Origin: Octopus vulgaris
Lineage: Eukaryota
Assembly: GCA_951406725.2 (NCBI GenBank)
Contig: OX597821.1
Location: 55,552,001-55,616,000 of the forward strand
Reading direction: 5' to 3'
Length of the DNA stretch: 64,000 nt
Positions 15,139-28,797 of this stretch are shown piece by piece (position 1 is the stretch's first letter; each line of letters begins with the position of its first letter). Made by a program: the position numbers and the translations under genes. The notes under the pieces were generated by a model. It saw nothing but the letters and a program-made list of their open reading frames with translations, did not search any database and had not been told where the DNA came from.

Positions 15139-15517
15139 GGAGGCGCAATGGCCCAGTGGTTAGGGCAACGGACTCGCGGTCATAGGATCGCGGTTTCGAT
15201 TCCCAGACCGGGCGTTGTGAGTGTTTATTGAGCGAAAAGACCTAAAAGCTCCACGAGGCTCCGGCAGAGGATGGTGGTGATCCCTGCTGTACTCTTTCAC
15301 CACAACTTTCTCTCACTCTTACTTCCTGTTTCTATTGTACCTGTATTTAAAGGGGCCGGCCTTGTCACTCTCTGTGTCACGCTGAATATCCCCGAGAACT
15401 ACGTTAAGGGTGCACGTGTCTGTGGAGTGCTCAACCACTTACACGTTAATTTCAAGAGCAGGCTGTTCCGTTGATTCGGATCAACCGGAACCCTCATCGT
15501 CGTAACCGACGGAGTGC
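15139..15517 (+). mobile_element. tRNA-derived SINE family B, full length
   Basis: GGAGGCGCAATGGCCCAGTGGTTAGGGC (A box), GGTTTCGATTCCC (B box); copies at 45319-45598 and 62466-62835. Confidence 0.9.
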
Positions 15518-15557
15518 TTCTTCTCTCTTAAGTCTTATTGCTTATGCATGCACACAT

Positions 15558-15618
<61 letters not shown>

Positions 15619-15959
15619 TCCAGAAGCCATGGTTGAATGGATTTTACGCTCTGCAATGAATTTGTGATTAAGTGTAACGAAATTAAGTTCACATTATAAT
15701 TTTCATAATAACCGGCAGTATGTTGTAAGTCCAGCAACGTCATGAACTAATTTCATCGCTAATGTTTATTTGATTTTGCAACTGACAGCCGGATAATTTT
15801 CATTGAAGTGATTTTTTATCTTTCAGTTACCACCAAAGACCACAGTCCCATAGATAAGATTGGCTGTAGGAAAAAGGAAGTAAATACGTTTCACTGAAAG
15901 TAAATGGAAATATATTTGCAGTGTGATTTCACTTATTTATTGATAAAAGTGAAGGTATG

Positions 15960-16345
15960 CTACCACAGTGCATTTTGTGTTGAAACAGCTTCTCAGTTAT
16001 AGATATTGACCATATTTGTAATGTTCCCTATGGGGATAAGTGTACAACTTCGGAAAGTTTAGATTCCATGGGATACGTTGCTGTTAGGCAAGCTAAAGCA
16101 GTCGCGTAATAATGTTACAGAGCTATGCAGAAAAAATTCCATTCGGCATCAGAGGAATTTACCATACCAAAAGGCTGAGATACAATGTTTAAAAGAGGGA
16201 TAAAAAAGATGCTGCCATTCTTTTCTGTATCCAACAGAACCATTCCATATAGGGCAGGTGATATTGTACGAGATATTGATATACTAGTAGTTACATAAAT
16301 CAAAACCCCAATGTACAAGTTCGCCATCCAGCTGGACAAGTCTTC
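15960..16345 (+). mobile_element. hAT (Charlie/Buster-type) transposase fragment
   Basis: Plus-frame translation FHSASEEFTIP...SVSNRTI...KFAIQLDKSS resembles the KPHTIGEELILP..LSN.T...FAIQLDEST motifs; contains stops. Confidence 0.6.
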
Positions 16346-17889
16346 TCATCTTCACTACACGTTTATATATCTTCCATATAAAACAACGTCACGTCGCGGA
16401 ACATTATTTACAGGTTACTTATAGAATAATGCGAGATTACATTGTAGCTATTTTGCTATGGGTACACTTTTGATGCATTGACAAAGAAAAGTTCCAACTA
16501 TTTTTTTTATCTTTCATAAAACTGTGTCCATGATTCTTGAAAATGATGTGTGTATGTTTGTATATGTGTGTGGGTGTAAATTTATCTGTGTGGATGCGTG
16601 TGTGGGATTGTCTGTGTATCGATGTGTATATGTACATATCTGTGTCTGTATGTGAGTGTACTTGCCTCAGTGTTTTTGTCTCACGATATTTCCACTTCTT
16701 GCCTAAGCTAACACCACCCTCTGCTTTTCATTCTTGATTCTTAAAACTCCATTCACCAACGTTACTAACGTGCACAGCATCTTTCACCGTTTGTGTCATT
16801 AATAGCTAATAATATTCCTAACATCTTCAAAGCGATTGTGTGTTCTCGACTTATAAAACGTCTAGCATTTAACTCTCCTTTATTCAGGCTTCTGAAAAAA
16901 AAAATGAATAAAGGACTGTTAAATGCTAGCGGCTTTTAGCAATTAGGAATTATCGTTTAACACTATAGTGAGACAATTGTCACGCGCCTATGATTTCGAT
17001 AAGGTATGAATTCAATCAGACTTAGCAGACTTTCTTGCAGTGAATGCATTCCCTTAAAGCACTGCCTTTCGTGCTTTGTGGTAAAGTTCATTATAAATCA
17101 AGCTCGTCTGTTATGCATCTTCTGAGAGTTTAGTGTGTTGAATTTCTCTCTATAAAGAAAATGTATTGTGAAACACCATTATCCAGGATAAGATGAATGT
17201 GCTCTGTCATCACACTCAGCCAAATTCGGTGTCCGAGTTGGACTTGGTCAGTATTTGCTCAAACTCAAAACATCAGCAACAAGATATTTTCTCAATACCA
17301 AGGCTCCACAGAGGAACATGGCATGAATAAATCAGTAGTGTGATATACCTGAAAATCTCATGTTCTTTTATTTTGAACCTACAAATAATAATTTCTTGAA
17401 AGTGAGAAATTATTTTGTGATTTGTAACCTATTAAACACGGTCGAGGATGTTTTATTAAAAAAAGCTTTGAATTTTTTAATCTTTTTGTATATTTATAAC
17501 CCTCTTGGGTTACGTTTACCTTTTATTATGATAGCTCTGGGAAGTCTATAATATAAGTACCAGTGAAATACTGGAGTCAATACAAAAATTACATTGCTAC
17601 CTCTCTTCAAAAATTTCTCACTTCATATTGCTGTTGTGAATAGCTGAGAGAACTCATAGGGATGATTACCTGTTATATATTAGTGTCTTAACTATAAACA
17701 GGTATAGGTCTCTGTGTTGTATGGGAGAATTATTGTTTAATAATTACCCTTGTGCCAATGTACAGAATCAAAGTTTTCATTGATAAAATTTGTATATATG
17801 AACATACATACATATACACACATATATATGGATGGATGGATAGATATGTGTTTGTGAATATGATATATATATATATATATATATATTTA

Positions 17890-18240
17890 TAAGATAAGCG
17901 CAAAAGAAAAATTCTAATGCCAAATATGCCGAAAAAAAGACAATAATTGTCAATAAACCATTATATTTTATGCGTCTCGAAACAAACCGATAGAAATCTC
18001 TAAAAAATTCGTTATTACCGTATTGGACCAATTTCGGTGTTAATTCGTAAGAAATTTCCCCCTCTTCAGCGGCAAATACGCGAGATACCCATGGAAAAAG
18101 CAAGCACTAAGTCCCGGGCAGAACTAAGTACCTCAAATATATCCAAAATAGAAAAATCTTCGGCACATCTCGAGACACGTGTGTTCGAACTAGAAACTTT
18201 CACAGAGTGATTGAATCCGGAAGTGAACACTATTTAATTT
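17890..18240 (-). mobile_element. Non-coding Penelope-like 3' module carrying a hammerhead, ending at a (TA)n tract
   Basis: Contains the HHR at 18018-18082; its 3' end abuts (TA)n at ~17863-17889. Confidence 0.55.
18018..18082 (-). ncRNA. Minimal type-I hammerhead ribozyme
   Basis: Minus strand CGTATTTGCCG-CTGAAGA-GGGG..CACC-GAAA-TTGG-TC^CAATACGG: core intact, GUC triplet, distal stem I CGTATT/AATACG. Confidence 0.75.
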
Positions 18241-18360
18241 ATAACTAATGTAGGATAAGATTTTTTTCGGGAAAAAAATTTTATCAATGGCCAGCATGTA
18301 AATTATTTATAAATTTAAACTTTAAAGGTATTTTTTGATATGCTGGCCGTTGATAAAATT

Positions 18361-19170
18361 CTACAGAAAGGGACATAGAAAAAAACAAGGAGAGAAACAA
18401 GGGGAGAAAAAATGTGTGTAGTGGCTACCGATCTATGATGGCGACTAACGGACATACAGGAGAGCGAAGAAGTAGGAGAAATAACAAAGTAAAGATGACC
18501 CCGAAAACGAAGGTGCGTGTGTGTATCAGAGAGTATGTATGTGCGTGTGAAAGAGGGCTGGTGATCTTGACGTGTGCGTGTGTGTATGTGTAGGTGTGAA
18601 AATGTGGGGATAGGAACTGGTCAGTGATGGTGTGTGGGTGGTTTGTTGTGATGTGATGTGTAGTGTGGTATGGTGTAGTATGGTGTGGTGTGATGTTGTT
18701 GAGAGGTGGGGAAGTGAGAGTGGGGAAAGCTTGGGTGGGGTGTGGGGTAGAGTTAGGGTATGTGGGTAGGCAGAGGATGAGGGTAGAGGTGGATTTTGTG
18801 TGTAGGCAAAGGGTTGGGGGTAGGTGGGAGAGGGTGTAAGGGATGGGATGGGGGAATGGGAAGGATAGGGAAGGGGAGTAGGAATGTGTATGGGTGGGGT
18901 GGGCTTATGGGGGAGGGTTGACGATGAAGGGAAAGGGGAAGGTGGGTATGTGATAAGAGAGAGAGATTAAGAGAGAAGAGAGAAGAGAGAAAGAGAGAGT
19001 GAAAGAGAGAGTGAAAGAGTAAGAGAGAAGAGAGAAAGATAGTAGGGGTGAAGAAAAGTGGGAGTGAAGAGAAGTAGGAGTCCGAGCAAGAGAGGAGAGG
19101 TGGGTGGGAGGAAGTAGGAGGGGAGAGGCAAGGGAAGGAGAGTTGAGCCCAAATGGCATAAAATAGCGAA
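18361..19170 (-). mobile_element. Interspersed repeat with GT/GA-rich body (family shared with 47315-47920), probably Penelope-derived
   Basis: 18361-18760 aligns with 47457-47880; truncated inside the HHR-like core seen in the 47 kb copy. Confidence 0.7.
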
Positions 19171-19225
19171 GATATATATATATGTATGTATATATGCATG
19201 TAAATTATATATATATATATATGTG

Positions 19226-19274
<49 letters not shown>

Positions 19275-19280
<6 letters not shown>

Positions 19281-19485
19281 TTGTGCGTTTATGTGTCTGT
19301 ATTTGTCCCCCAGCCCACCATCGCTTGACAACCGATGTTGGTGTTTCCGTACCCTTAACTTAACGGTTCGGCAAAACAGAACTGATAGAATAAGTACTAG
19401 GCTTACAAAGAATAAGTACTGCGGATGATTTGCTCGACCAAATGCGGTGCTCCAGCATGACCGCAGTCAAATGATTGAAACAAAT
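19275..19485 (+). mobile_element. SINE family A, 3' half
   Basis: TCGCTTGACAACCGATGTTGGTG...GCTCCAGCATGACCGCAGTCAAATGA is the reverse complement of the 2311 copy tail. Confidence 0.85.
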
Positions 19486-19967
19486 AATATATATTTAGAG
19501 AGAGTTAGAAAGAAAATATATATATATATATGTATTTTTGTGTGTATGTATGTATATATATATACATATACATATGTATATATATATGTATATTTTCTTG
19601 ATTCGTCAATCATTAGAATACTTCCTGTAAAGAAGGAGAATGTTTATAACGGAGATAGAAAGCTGTATCATTGAAACGTAGATAAAAATAAAATGTCATA
19701 TGTTGAACTTGAGAGTAGTTTTGCATATCTTAACTGTTCAGTTTACAGATTGCATTTGTGATATGCGTGTTAGGTGGTTGATTTACTTTTCTGAAAACCC
19801 CTCGGTTTTACAGTTATGTTTATATGCATGTATAGAGGTATATTGAATTTCAATGGATATATGTATACATGCATGCAGGCGTATGTATGTATGTATGGAT
19901 GGATGGATGGATTGATGGATGGATGCAAGCATGTATGTATGAATGTATGTGTGTTGAGTGTACATGG

Positions 19968-20013
<46 letters not shown>

Positions 20014-20729
20014 ATGTGTATGCGTGTGTATATATGTATACGTGTGTGTTTGTGCATTTGTGTGTGTATATGTCTAGTTATGTGTAAGTATAAATATGTA
20101 TGGTTGTGATTATAGGAACATTATTTATATTTTATTTAATGAGAATGAACACAAACCGATATGTTCATGGACAACTACATGTATATACTAAGTGGATAAT
20201 GGTGACCGTTTTCAGTGATCCCCAGAGCATGCAGCAGATTGCATATTATTCGGCATATCTCTTATCAATCTGTCACTTAAGGTATCGCATGACTGGATGC
20301 TAACATACACTGTTCACATGCAATCTAAATCTGCAAATCATAAATCTAGTAATTTCAATACGCTACTCTCAATGAAAATCAATATAATGTGCCAATGTAT
20401 GCATTTTCTGGTTATGAATATGTATAAGCATACATGTGTATACCCACATGGCTGTGTAGATATTGTCACAAAAATACACGCATAAACGCTCCAATGTACA
20501 TATTCAATTAAACACATACACGCATACATGCATGCATATAATGCACTTACACACATGTGCACGCATTCATTCATGCATATATACACAAACAGACGTATAA
20601 ATACACACACATACACACACACAATTGCGCATATATATATATTATATATACATACATGTATATATATATTCATACATGTATATATATATATACATATATG
20701 TATATATATAGACATATATATATACATAT

Positions 20730-20777
<48 letters not shown>

Positions 20778-20797
20778 TAATGGCTATGTATGTATGT

Positions 20798-20798
<1 letters not shown>

Positions 20799-20841
<43 letters not shown>

Positions 20842-20842
20842 T

Positions 20843-20920
<78 letters not shown>
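20799..20920. repeat. (GATA)n microsatellite
   Basis: Direct observation. Confidence 0.95.
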
Positions 20921-20921
<1 letters not shown>

Positions 20922-22343
20922 GACTACATATGTGCAGTAACTTTCTAATCAAAACATACACTGTAGATAGGCTCTGTAACAATGAACTGAAATATGCAAC
21001 ATGGATGCTCAAACGGAGCTTGAAGCAGAATATCTCCAAAAGTCAATGATTTTGGTAAAAGTTTAAGACGATTTTCATTGAAGAATTCTCTGTTAATACA
21101 TTCGCAAGAAAAAAAATATCGAAAAGAGAAAAAAAGTAACACAGTTTAGAAATATTAGCATGTGGAGAACTCTTTGTTAACGAACAGGTTGACATCACTG
21201 CACAGAAAATTATGTCATAGGGAGAAATTAGATTTGAAGCGTTAATAGTGAACTTCATAAAAAGATATTTTGAAAACATATTCTGTATTCAAATGACATT
21301 CGTACACCGAAACGATCTAATGTGTACTCATTCAGAATATCTCTACATGACGAGTTCCTGTTTCACATTTTCTGATGCGTGACCTAAGACATACCATAGC
21401 ATTGCAGCGAAATGATATTTCCGTTCTCATGAAATGTATGCACACACATGCATACATACATCAACTTGGCTTCGAATTCAGATACGTTAGCATAGAAGAC
21501 TTTTGATTCTCCCGGATGATGAATACAATCTCCTATAATTTTTTCCATTGATGCAAGCCTGGCAAAAACAATTGTTCTTTGAGTAAATGCAAGGAAACAA
21601 CCTTGCTCTGAAAAGATCGTAGCAGTAATCAAATAGTGAAATAGAAACCACGTGGGAAATTACTATACATATATCATGGCGAAGAAAGAACTCGGAGTCA
21701 GCTATCGCAGATCGCGGAATTACGGAGAAAAATTCCAGTGGACATACGAACGAACCGAAGACCAGTTCGACAGAAAGTCTAGGGAAGATTCTTCGATAGA
21801 ATACATGAAGAGACTTAAAGAATATAGCAAAAAGAAATATCAAGCATTCTAAAAATTTTAGAAAAACAATTACGCCAGTCAGCTACATTTGTTGATATGC
21901 CACCCTAGCAAACAAAATCAGCCAAATCAGCCAAAATGCACAAATAATAATACTCGTATTAACAACACAGTAAACTTTTTCTGCAGAGAGACTGTGATTT
22001 TAATAATGGAGACTGTGAACGACAAGAAACACGACCAAGACGAACACAACAATAAAAAACCGCCACCACTACATGGACATGTGGTAACCGCTTACGATCC
22101 CATAGAAACAAATAAGGAATTTAAATTATTAAAATCACAGCTAGCATCGAAGTTCATGCAACGCTTATATATATAAATCACTACATGAGAGAGCACTGGG
22201 AAAAACTGACATACCTGATGTTATCACCGATTAATAAATTTGCAAGAGAAATAGCTGAAATTCAAACTCCCAGCATTTGGACAATAAATTTCCTGCTATA
22301 CTGTGCCGTAGTAACTGTGAAGCAACAGATGGAAAGTAACGGT

Positions 22344-22590
22344 AAATTTAGGTCATCAGCAAAAATTGTACAGGTGACATTGATTTTATTCTTTTCTGCA
22401 TATCCCCGAATATACTCCTGGCATTTTGACAACAGAGCTGACAAGGGGTTCATTGCCAGTACAAATAACATTACAGATATACGATCACTCTGGATAGCCT
22501 GTTGATAGCTTTGTAACAATTAGCGTTGCTTGTCAGTGATAATTGTGTCCCATTAGTGTGGTCAGTCTTTTAACGGTATACACTATAGGA
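22344..22590 (-). mobile_element. Non-LTR retrotransposon RT core fragment (R2/R4-group-like)
   Basis: IQSDRISVMLFVLAMNPLS...TIFADDLNL corresponds to the QGD.LS..LF and F/YADD motifs. Confidence 0.75.
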
Positions 22591-22619
22591 ATTGATTGTG
22601 TGGCAAGGTGTGGTGAATC

Positions 22620-22862
22620 TATCTATCATCCATGAGGTAGGTACAGACCCGTCAGCACGCCGGGCGAAATGCTTAGTAGCATTTCCACTGCCGTTACGTT
22701 GTGAGTTCACATTCCGTCGAGGTAAACTTTACATTTTATCCTTTCTGGGTCAATTAAATAAGTACAAGTTACCCGCTGAGATCAATGTAATCGACTTAAT
22801 CCCTTCGTCTGTCCTTGTATGTTTAGAACCCCACCCCCTGTGGGCAATAAAGAAATAAATAT
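22620..22862 (+). mobile_element. Diverged SINE-like element
   Basis: Head CCGTCAGCACGCCGGGCGAAATGCTTAG with B-box-like GAGTTCACATTCC; body TTAAATAAGTAC..ATCGACT resembles the family A 3' domain. Confidence 0.55.
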
Positions 22863-23059
22863 ATTTAACTTGGGGAGATGGCAGTTAGTAACAATATATA
22901 ATATATGCCCCGTATCTGTTATTTTGAAGTAAATTACGAATCATTATATATGTGGATTCATTTTTGAAATGACTCTAAGGCTTTTCTCTCCCTGTCTCTA
23001 TCGCTTCCCTTATTTTCTTTACTGTTTAAAAAGAAAAAAAAAAGAAAAAAATCAATTGT

Positions 23060-24468
23060 ATTCATTTTTTTAGTTTTAAATCCCTATCGACTAACTAATT
23101 ACCGAAATCTCAGTGTATGTTGTGCTGAAGAGCCCAAATAAAAAGGCAAAATGGTGCTATCCACAGAATATGTAATAAAGGAATTACATGGCAAGAGCAA
23201 ATTAGCTAGTTCAAAAATCTCTATCAGAAAGCAGTAACTATACTGAGAAGTAGTGTTTATCCCTACTTCTACAGAGCTGTTCCGCAGGAATCGACGTTAC
23301 TACCATTTTAACCCCAGCTATTTAGTCAATGCAGTCTGCACCCGATATATATTGCAAGCAGTGGAGCGAACCTCTACCACCTTCTAGCGACGGGATCACG
23401 CGACCGTACTATTTCGATCCCAAATAACTCGAAACCGAAACAGCCATGCTGAAGTGGCGATAAATACCTATATGGAAATATCACGTGCTTTTTCCCTCTT
23501 TTCACTCATAGGCAAAATATAATCTATAGTCGGTTCTCTCCTCGTAAAAAGAATATTCACCCTTTCTCTCATCTCATAGTAATCACAGCCACTTATCTCC
23601 CTTCTCTTACTCCTATAGCTCCAAAAGTTAGAAGCAGCAGTTTCCAAAAAAATAACAACGTGTATGAAAGGCTGACCGAAGTTCAGATGTTACACACCAA
23701 ACTGATAGCAAGGTGCCATGGAAAGATAAAACAAATAGGATACCGATCCTAAGAAATTCCGATAGCATAAGAAACCAGGATACGAACAGAAATTCGACAT
23801 TCGCACAAGGGACAATACACAGGGGCTTATGTGTGGCTTGTAGTGCAAATATTAATTGCAACTAAGTTAGAACCATCACACAAGGCAGCTATAAGAAGCA
23901 AGGAGATTTCTAAAACAAAAAGTAAAATATAAGATATTTTCCCTCTCTCTTTCTCTCTCTCTCTCTCTCTCTTCCTATCATTCTCTCTCTTCCGCTCCCG
24001 CTATTCTCTCCACTGTTAAAGAGAAATAGAATAATCGTTCACATTTAAGTTTAATTTTCATTTTAAAAGACTCTGAGACTATTCTCACACAGTCTTTATC
24101 GCCCCCGTTTTACTCCGCTGTTCAAAGGGAGAAATGGAAACGGAAAATCGATCATATTTAATTTTTAAGTTTTAAATAAATATAGACAAACCAATTTCAA
24201 GATCTCGTGTTATGTTCTGCTGAAGAGCTCAAAAGAGGACAGAATGGGGATATTCACAACTACTAGAATATCTAGTAAATAAGTTATAGGGAAATATTAT
24301 TTGCTCTTTCCCTCTTTTTTAATGCTTTTTCCCTCTTTTTACTCATAGGAAAGATCTCTGAACATCGGAAAAAATATAAACCTAAAGCCTTTTTTTACAC
24401 CTTAATTAGAGTATTCAATCTCTCTCTCATCTCATAGTATTCACTTTCTCTCACTCATTCTGTGTTTT

Positions 24469-24500
<32 letters not shown>

Positions 24501-24565
24501 ACCGCTCTCTATTTCACTCTTACTCTATAAGTAACATGAAGCAGAAACAGCAGTTTCCAGTCAAA
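23060..24565 (+). repeat. Diverged tandem duplication (HHR cores 1095 bp apart), each unit with a degenerate HHR core
   Basis: 23068-23190 ~ 24163-24290 and 23485-23650 ~ 24322-24560; CTGAAGA plus hairpin at 23125 and 24220. Confidence 0.7.
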
Positions 24566-25221
24566 TCATAACTTTTTTTGTGAAAATTAAGTAGTTTGCA
24601 TGTTACTCTCAAAATTATCAGGTTTACCTAGTGAAGTGAATGGATTTTATTCGGAATTCACAATTGGTTTACAAAGTAGGCTCAGTTTATCTCGCGACAG
24701 AAAACAACTTTAAACAGCTTTTATACTTCTTCGATAGGTATAAAACACCACAGTGCACTTCATTTCGTGTACTCAAATCTGATATAGTGTGAATTTATAT
24801 TCACTATAAGCAACAGTAATTGTAGGAAATAGTAAGACTACGTAAACAGCAGCATCTACAGTAATAATACTAAAAACAAAGCAGTATTTGCAATAAAAAG
24901 AACATCCATAAATTCACAGCTGTGTGAAAAACCATGAGAAAAGTATAAAAAGTAATCATTTAGGTTGTACTAACATCTACAGCACCTCAAGCGTCAAGCA
25001 TAAGTAGACATTTTGTACGTTTAAATGGAAATCGAAAGATCTTTATGTACAATATAATGAAATTTGTGATTTGGTGGCGACAGCAGGCTCTAAGTACATA
25101 CGAAGTAGAAAAGCAATTCGTCTGTCTTTTTCTTAGAATTTCTCCAAGTGATACGTGCAGAGAATAGATGTTCAAGGTAGATATTATCTGAAAACGAAAT
25201 ACACACAGATATATGTGTGTG

Positions 25222-25269
<48 letters not shown>

Positions 25270-25294
25270 GTATATATATAAATATATATATATA

Positions 25295-25366
<72 letters not shown>

Positions 25367-25456
25367 TAGTCACATAAATTTGTCAAAACGACGTATATGG
25401 TATGACTTCCTATATTTCTAAATCTCTATGTATATATGGGATATATATATATATAT

Positions 25457-25520
<64 letters not shown>

Positions 25521-25557
25521 GTACATACATACATACATACATACATACATACATACA

Positions 25558-25592
<35 letters not shown>

Positions 25593-26422
25593 GCATATTG
25601 GATAAGCTTGGATTTTCATAAAAAGGAATCAGCGAACTGATACGCATATTACCAATACAATTTGTAAGCGGAACAGTAGGACTATGCAAGCCTATCCTCA
25701 AGTTTACAATGCATTTTTGCTTTTGTTATCTACATTCCTACGATGAGTTTTTGTATCTCTGTTAGAAACCACCTCCTTCAAAGGAAAAATTTAAATAATT
25801 AAAAACAGAAAGGAACATACATACGTACATACATACAAATATATGGATGTAAATGCATACGTACATTCATGCATAAATGCATACATAAATGCATACATAC
25901 ATACATACATACATACATACATACATACATGCATACATACATACATACATACATAAATGTATTTACGCGTATACGTGTGCGTTTGTGTGTGAGATTGATA
26001 AGTTTGTATCGCTTTTTTACCGAATGGCTGTGTGTCGTATTTTTAGAAGGAGATTATATATTTTGTGATGTGCAATATCATTCCACAGGAAATTCGGCAC
26101 TGACATTATTTCAAATAAAGACTGCGTAATGCATTACGTACTCTTCAAATACATGCCTTAATATACCACTTTTGTTAGTTATAATGTAGATTTCATGGTT
26201 CATTATGCATAAATGTTTTTCACGATTGCATTTATTGTTATTTCAGTTTTACTTAGCATTGATACGGCAGATGTTTAATCAAAGACTTTCATCATATAAA
26301 AACGGTACTTTGCTGTTGATTCAGATATTCATACAACCGTGCATTCTACACATACATACACGCACACACACATATATATATATGCATATATACATACATA
26401 TATACATATACATATATATATA

Positions 26423-26475
<53 letters not shown>

Positions 26476-26569
26476 TCTCTGTATATATAGATATATACAC
26501 ACGCATATATATATACATATATATATGGATACATACATATATGTGTTTGTGTGTGCGTATCTATGTGTG

Positions 26570-26605
<36 letters not shown>

Positions 26606-26789
26606 AAAAAATAATCGGAGACAGAGACAAGAAGAAAAAAACACTAGGACGTTGCACATACAAAGAATTAATAAGACTCTCAGAGAAGGGAATATATTTA
26701 TGTGTGTGTGTATATGTGTGTGTTGTGTGTGTGTAGGAAAATGGAATAAGGAGACGAACTCTTTGGAATGTTGTTAAACCATTTATATA

Positions 26790-27057
26790 CTCTCTCTTTA
26801 CTCTTTACTTTGTTACTTGTTTCAGTCATTTGACTGTGGTCATGCTGGAGCACCGCCTTTAGTCGAGAAACATAACCCCAGGACAAATTCTTTGTAAGCC
26901 TAGTACTTATTCTATCGGTCTCTTCTGACGAACCACGAAGTTACGGGTACGTAAACACACCAGCGTCGAATTTCAAGTGATGTTGGGGGGGCCAAACATA
27001 GACACACAAACACACACACCTACATATATATATATATAAAAATACATATATATATAT

Positions 27058-27092
<35 letters not shown>

Positions 27093-27099
27093 AAAATAC

Positions 27100-27163
<64 letters not shown>

Positions 27164-27325
27164 GAAGGGCTGTTTTCAGTTTCCGTCTACCAAATCCACT
27201 CACAAGATTTTGGTCGGCCCGAGGCTATAGTAGAAGACACTTGCCCAAGCTGCCACGCAGTGGGACAGAGTCCGGAATCATGTGGTTCGTAAGCAGGCTA
27301 GTTACCACACAGCCACTCCTACGCC
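26790..27325 (-). mobile_element. SINE family A, inserted into the left arm of an inverted repeat
   Basis: Matches 2311-2750; both flanks are complementary to contiguous 29114-29335. Confidence 0.9.
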
Positions 27326-27332
27326 TAGAATT

Positions 27333-27416
27333 CTACTACATATGTTTCGATGGAGGCACTGAAATATGTCCGACAGGATAGAATATGGTTAGCAATGCAT
27401 CAATTTCATCAGGAGG
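27333..27416 (-). ncRNA. Hammerhead motif with long stem II (left arm)
   Basis: CCTC-CTGATGA-..GATGCATTG..CAGTG..CATC-GAAA-CATATG-TA^GTAG. Confidence 0.65.
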
Positions 27417-27524
27417 GATATAAATAACAAACTCATCCTATATATATGCTAACAGAAATAGAAAGTCCTATAAAATGTAACGTATTTTTATTAATATGCA
27501 CACACGCATTAATATACATACATG

Positions 27525-27561
<37 letters not shown>

Positions 27562-27594
27562 ATGTATATATATATATAAACACATATACATATA

Positions 27595-27640
<46 letters not shown>

Positions 27641-27782
27641 GCTATATATATATATGTATGTATATATATATATATATGTATGTATATATATATATAAACA
27701 CATATACATATACATATATATATGTATATATATATATGTATATACATATATATATATATATGTATATATATATGTATATATA

Positions 27783-27831
<49 letters not shown>

Positions 27832-27838
27832 TATGTAT

Positions 27839-27869
<31 letters not shown>

Positions 27870-28757
27870 AACATCCATATACTTTTTCAAAAATAAACAT
27901 ATACGCAAATATATACACAAACACAAACGCACACAAGTGTATATTCAAATACATACATAGATAGAAATATACTCGTAGACATATGCATATATATCTATAC
28001 ATATACTCCTCCATATTCTCGCGGCAACAACATAGAAACATACTTATGCTAAAGTATACGCTTACGACACATACTTATACACATGAACAAACGATCATAT
28101 GCATACACTAGAGCATACACATTCCAAATCATCGATAGACATAAACACATAATTGTATACACATACGCAAACTTAAGCACATATACATTATTGCTCATTC
28201 ATAAAACACTTAGATATGAACAGGGGACGTTAGGAATTTAAAATGACGTTATCGAAACGAACAAGATATTGAGAGAAGGAGAAGATATATAGAAAGAAAG
28301 AAAGAAAGGATGAAACAAAGGAAAAAGGTGGAACGGGCAAATTGTAAATATAGCAAAATGCACGAAAAGAAATGAAAAAGGAGAAGAGGGAAATTATGGG
28401 AAGTAAGAAGGAAGAAAAAATAAAAGAAAATTTGCAGAAATTATTATTAGGTTATAGGAGTTCACATCCATGCAGAAGGACACAGACATCCGAAAACACT
28501 ATAACAAACCCTTACACAGACTTACTAAGCACATATCTTGCACAGCGAACATACACATACGTATGTAACGTTTAAATATAAACATTATTAAGCTACAAAA
28601 AAAAACAAACGTATACAAACACATGTACATCGTATTAATACCCATGCACTTACGCAATAATATATATATATATGTGTGTGTGCGTGTGTGTGTGTGCATA
28701 TATGTATATACATATGCATACATACATACAAATATATAGATATATTTATATGCATAC

Positions 28758-28797
<40 letters not shown>

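Noticed and set aside
15139-15212. tRNA gene call for SINE heads
   Set aside because: The A and B boxes run into multicopy SINE bodies, so these are not standalone tRNA genes.
22352-22360. CTGATGA on the minus strand
   Set aside because: It is the A-D-D codons of the RT motif, with no hammerhead fold.
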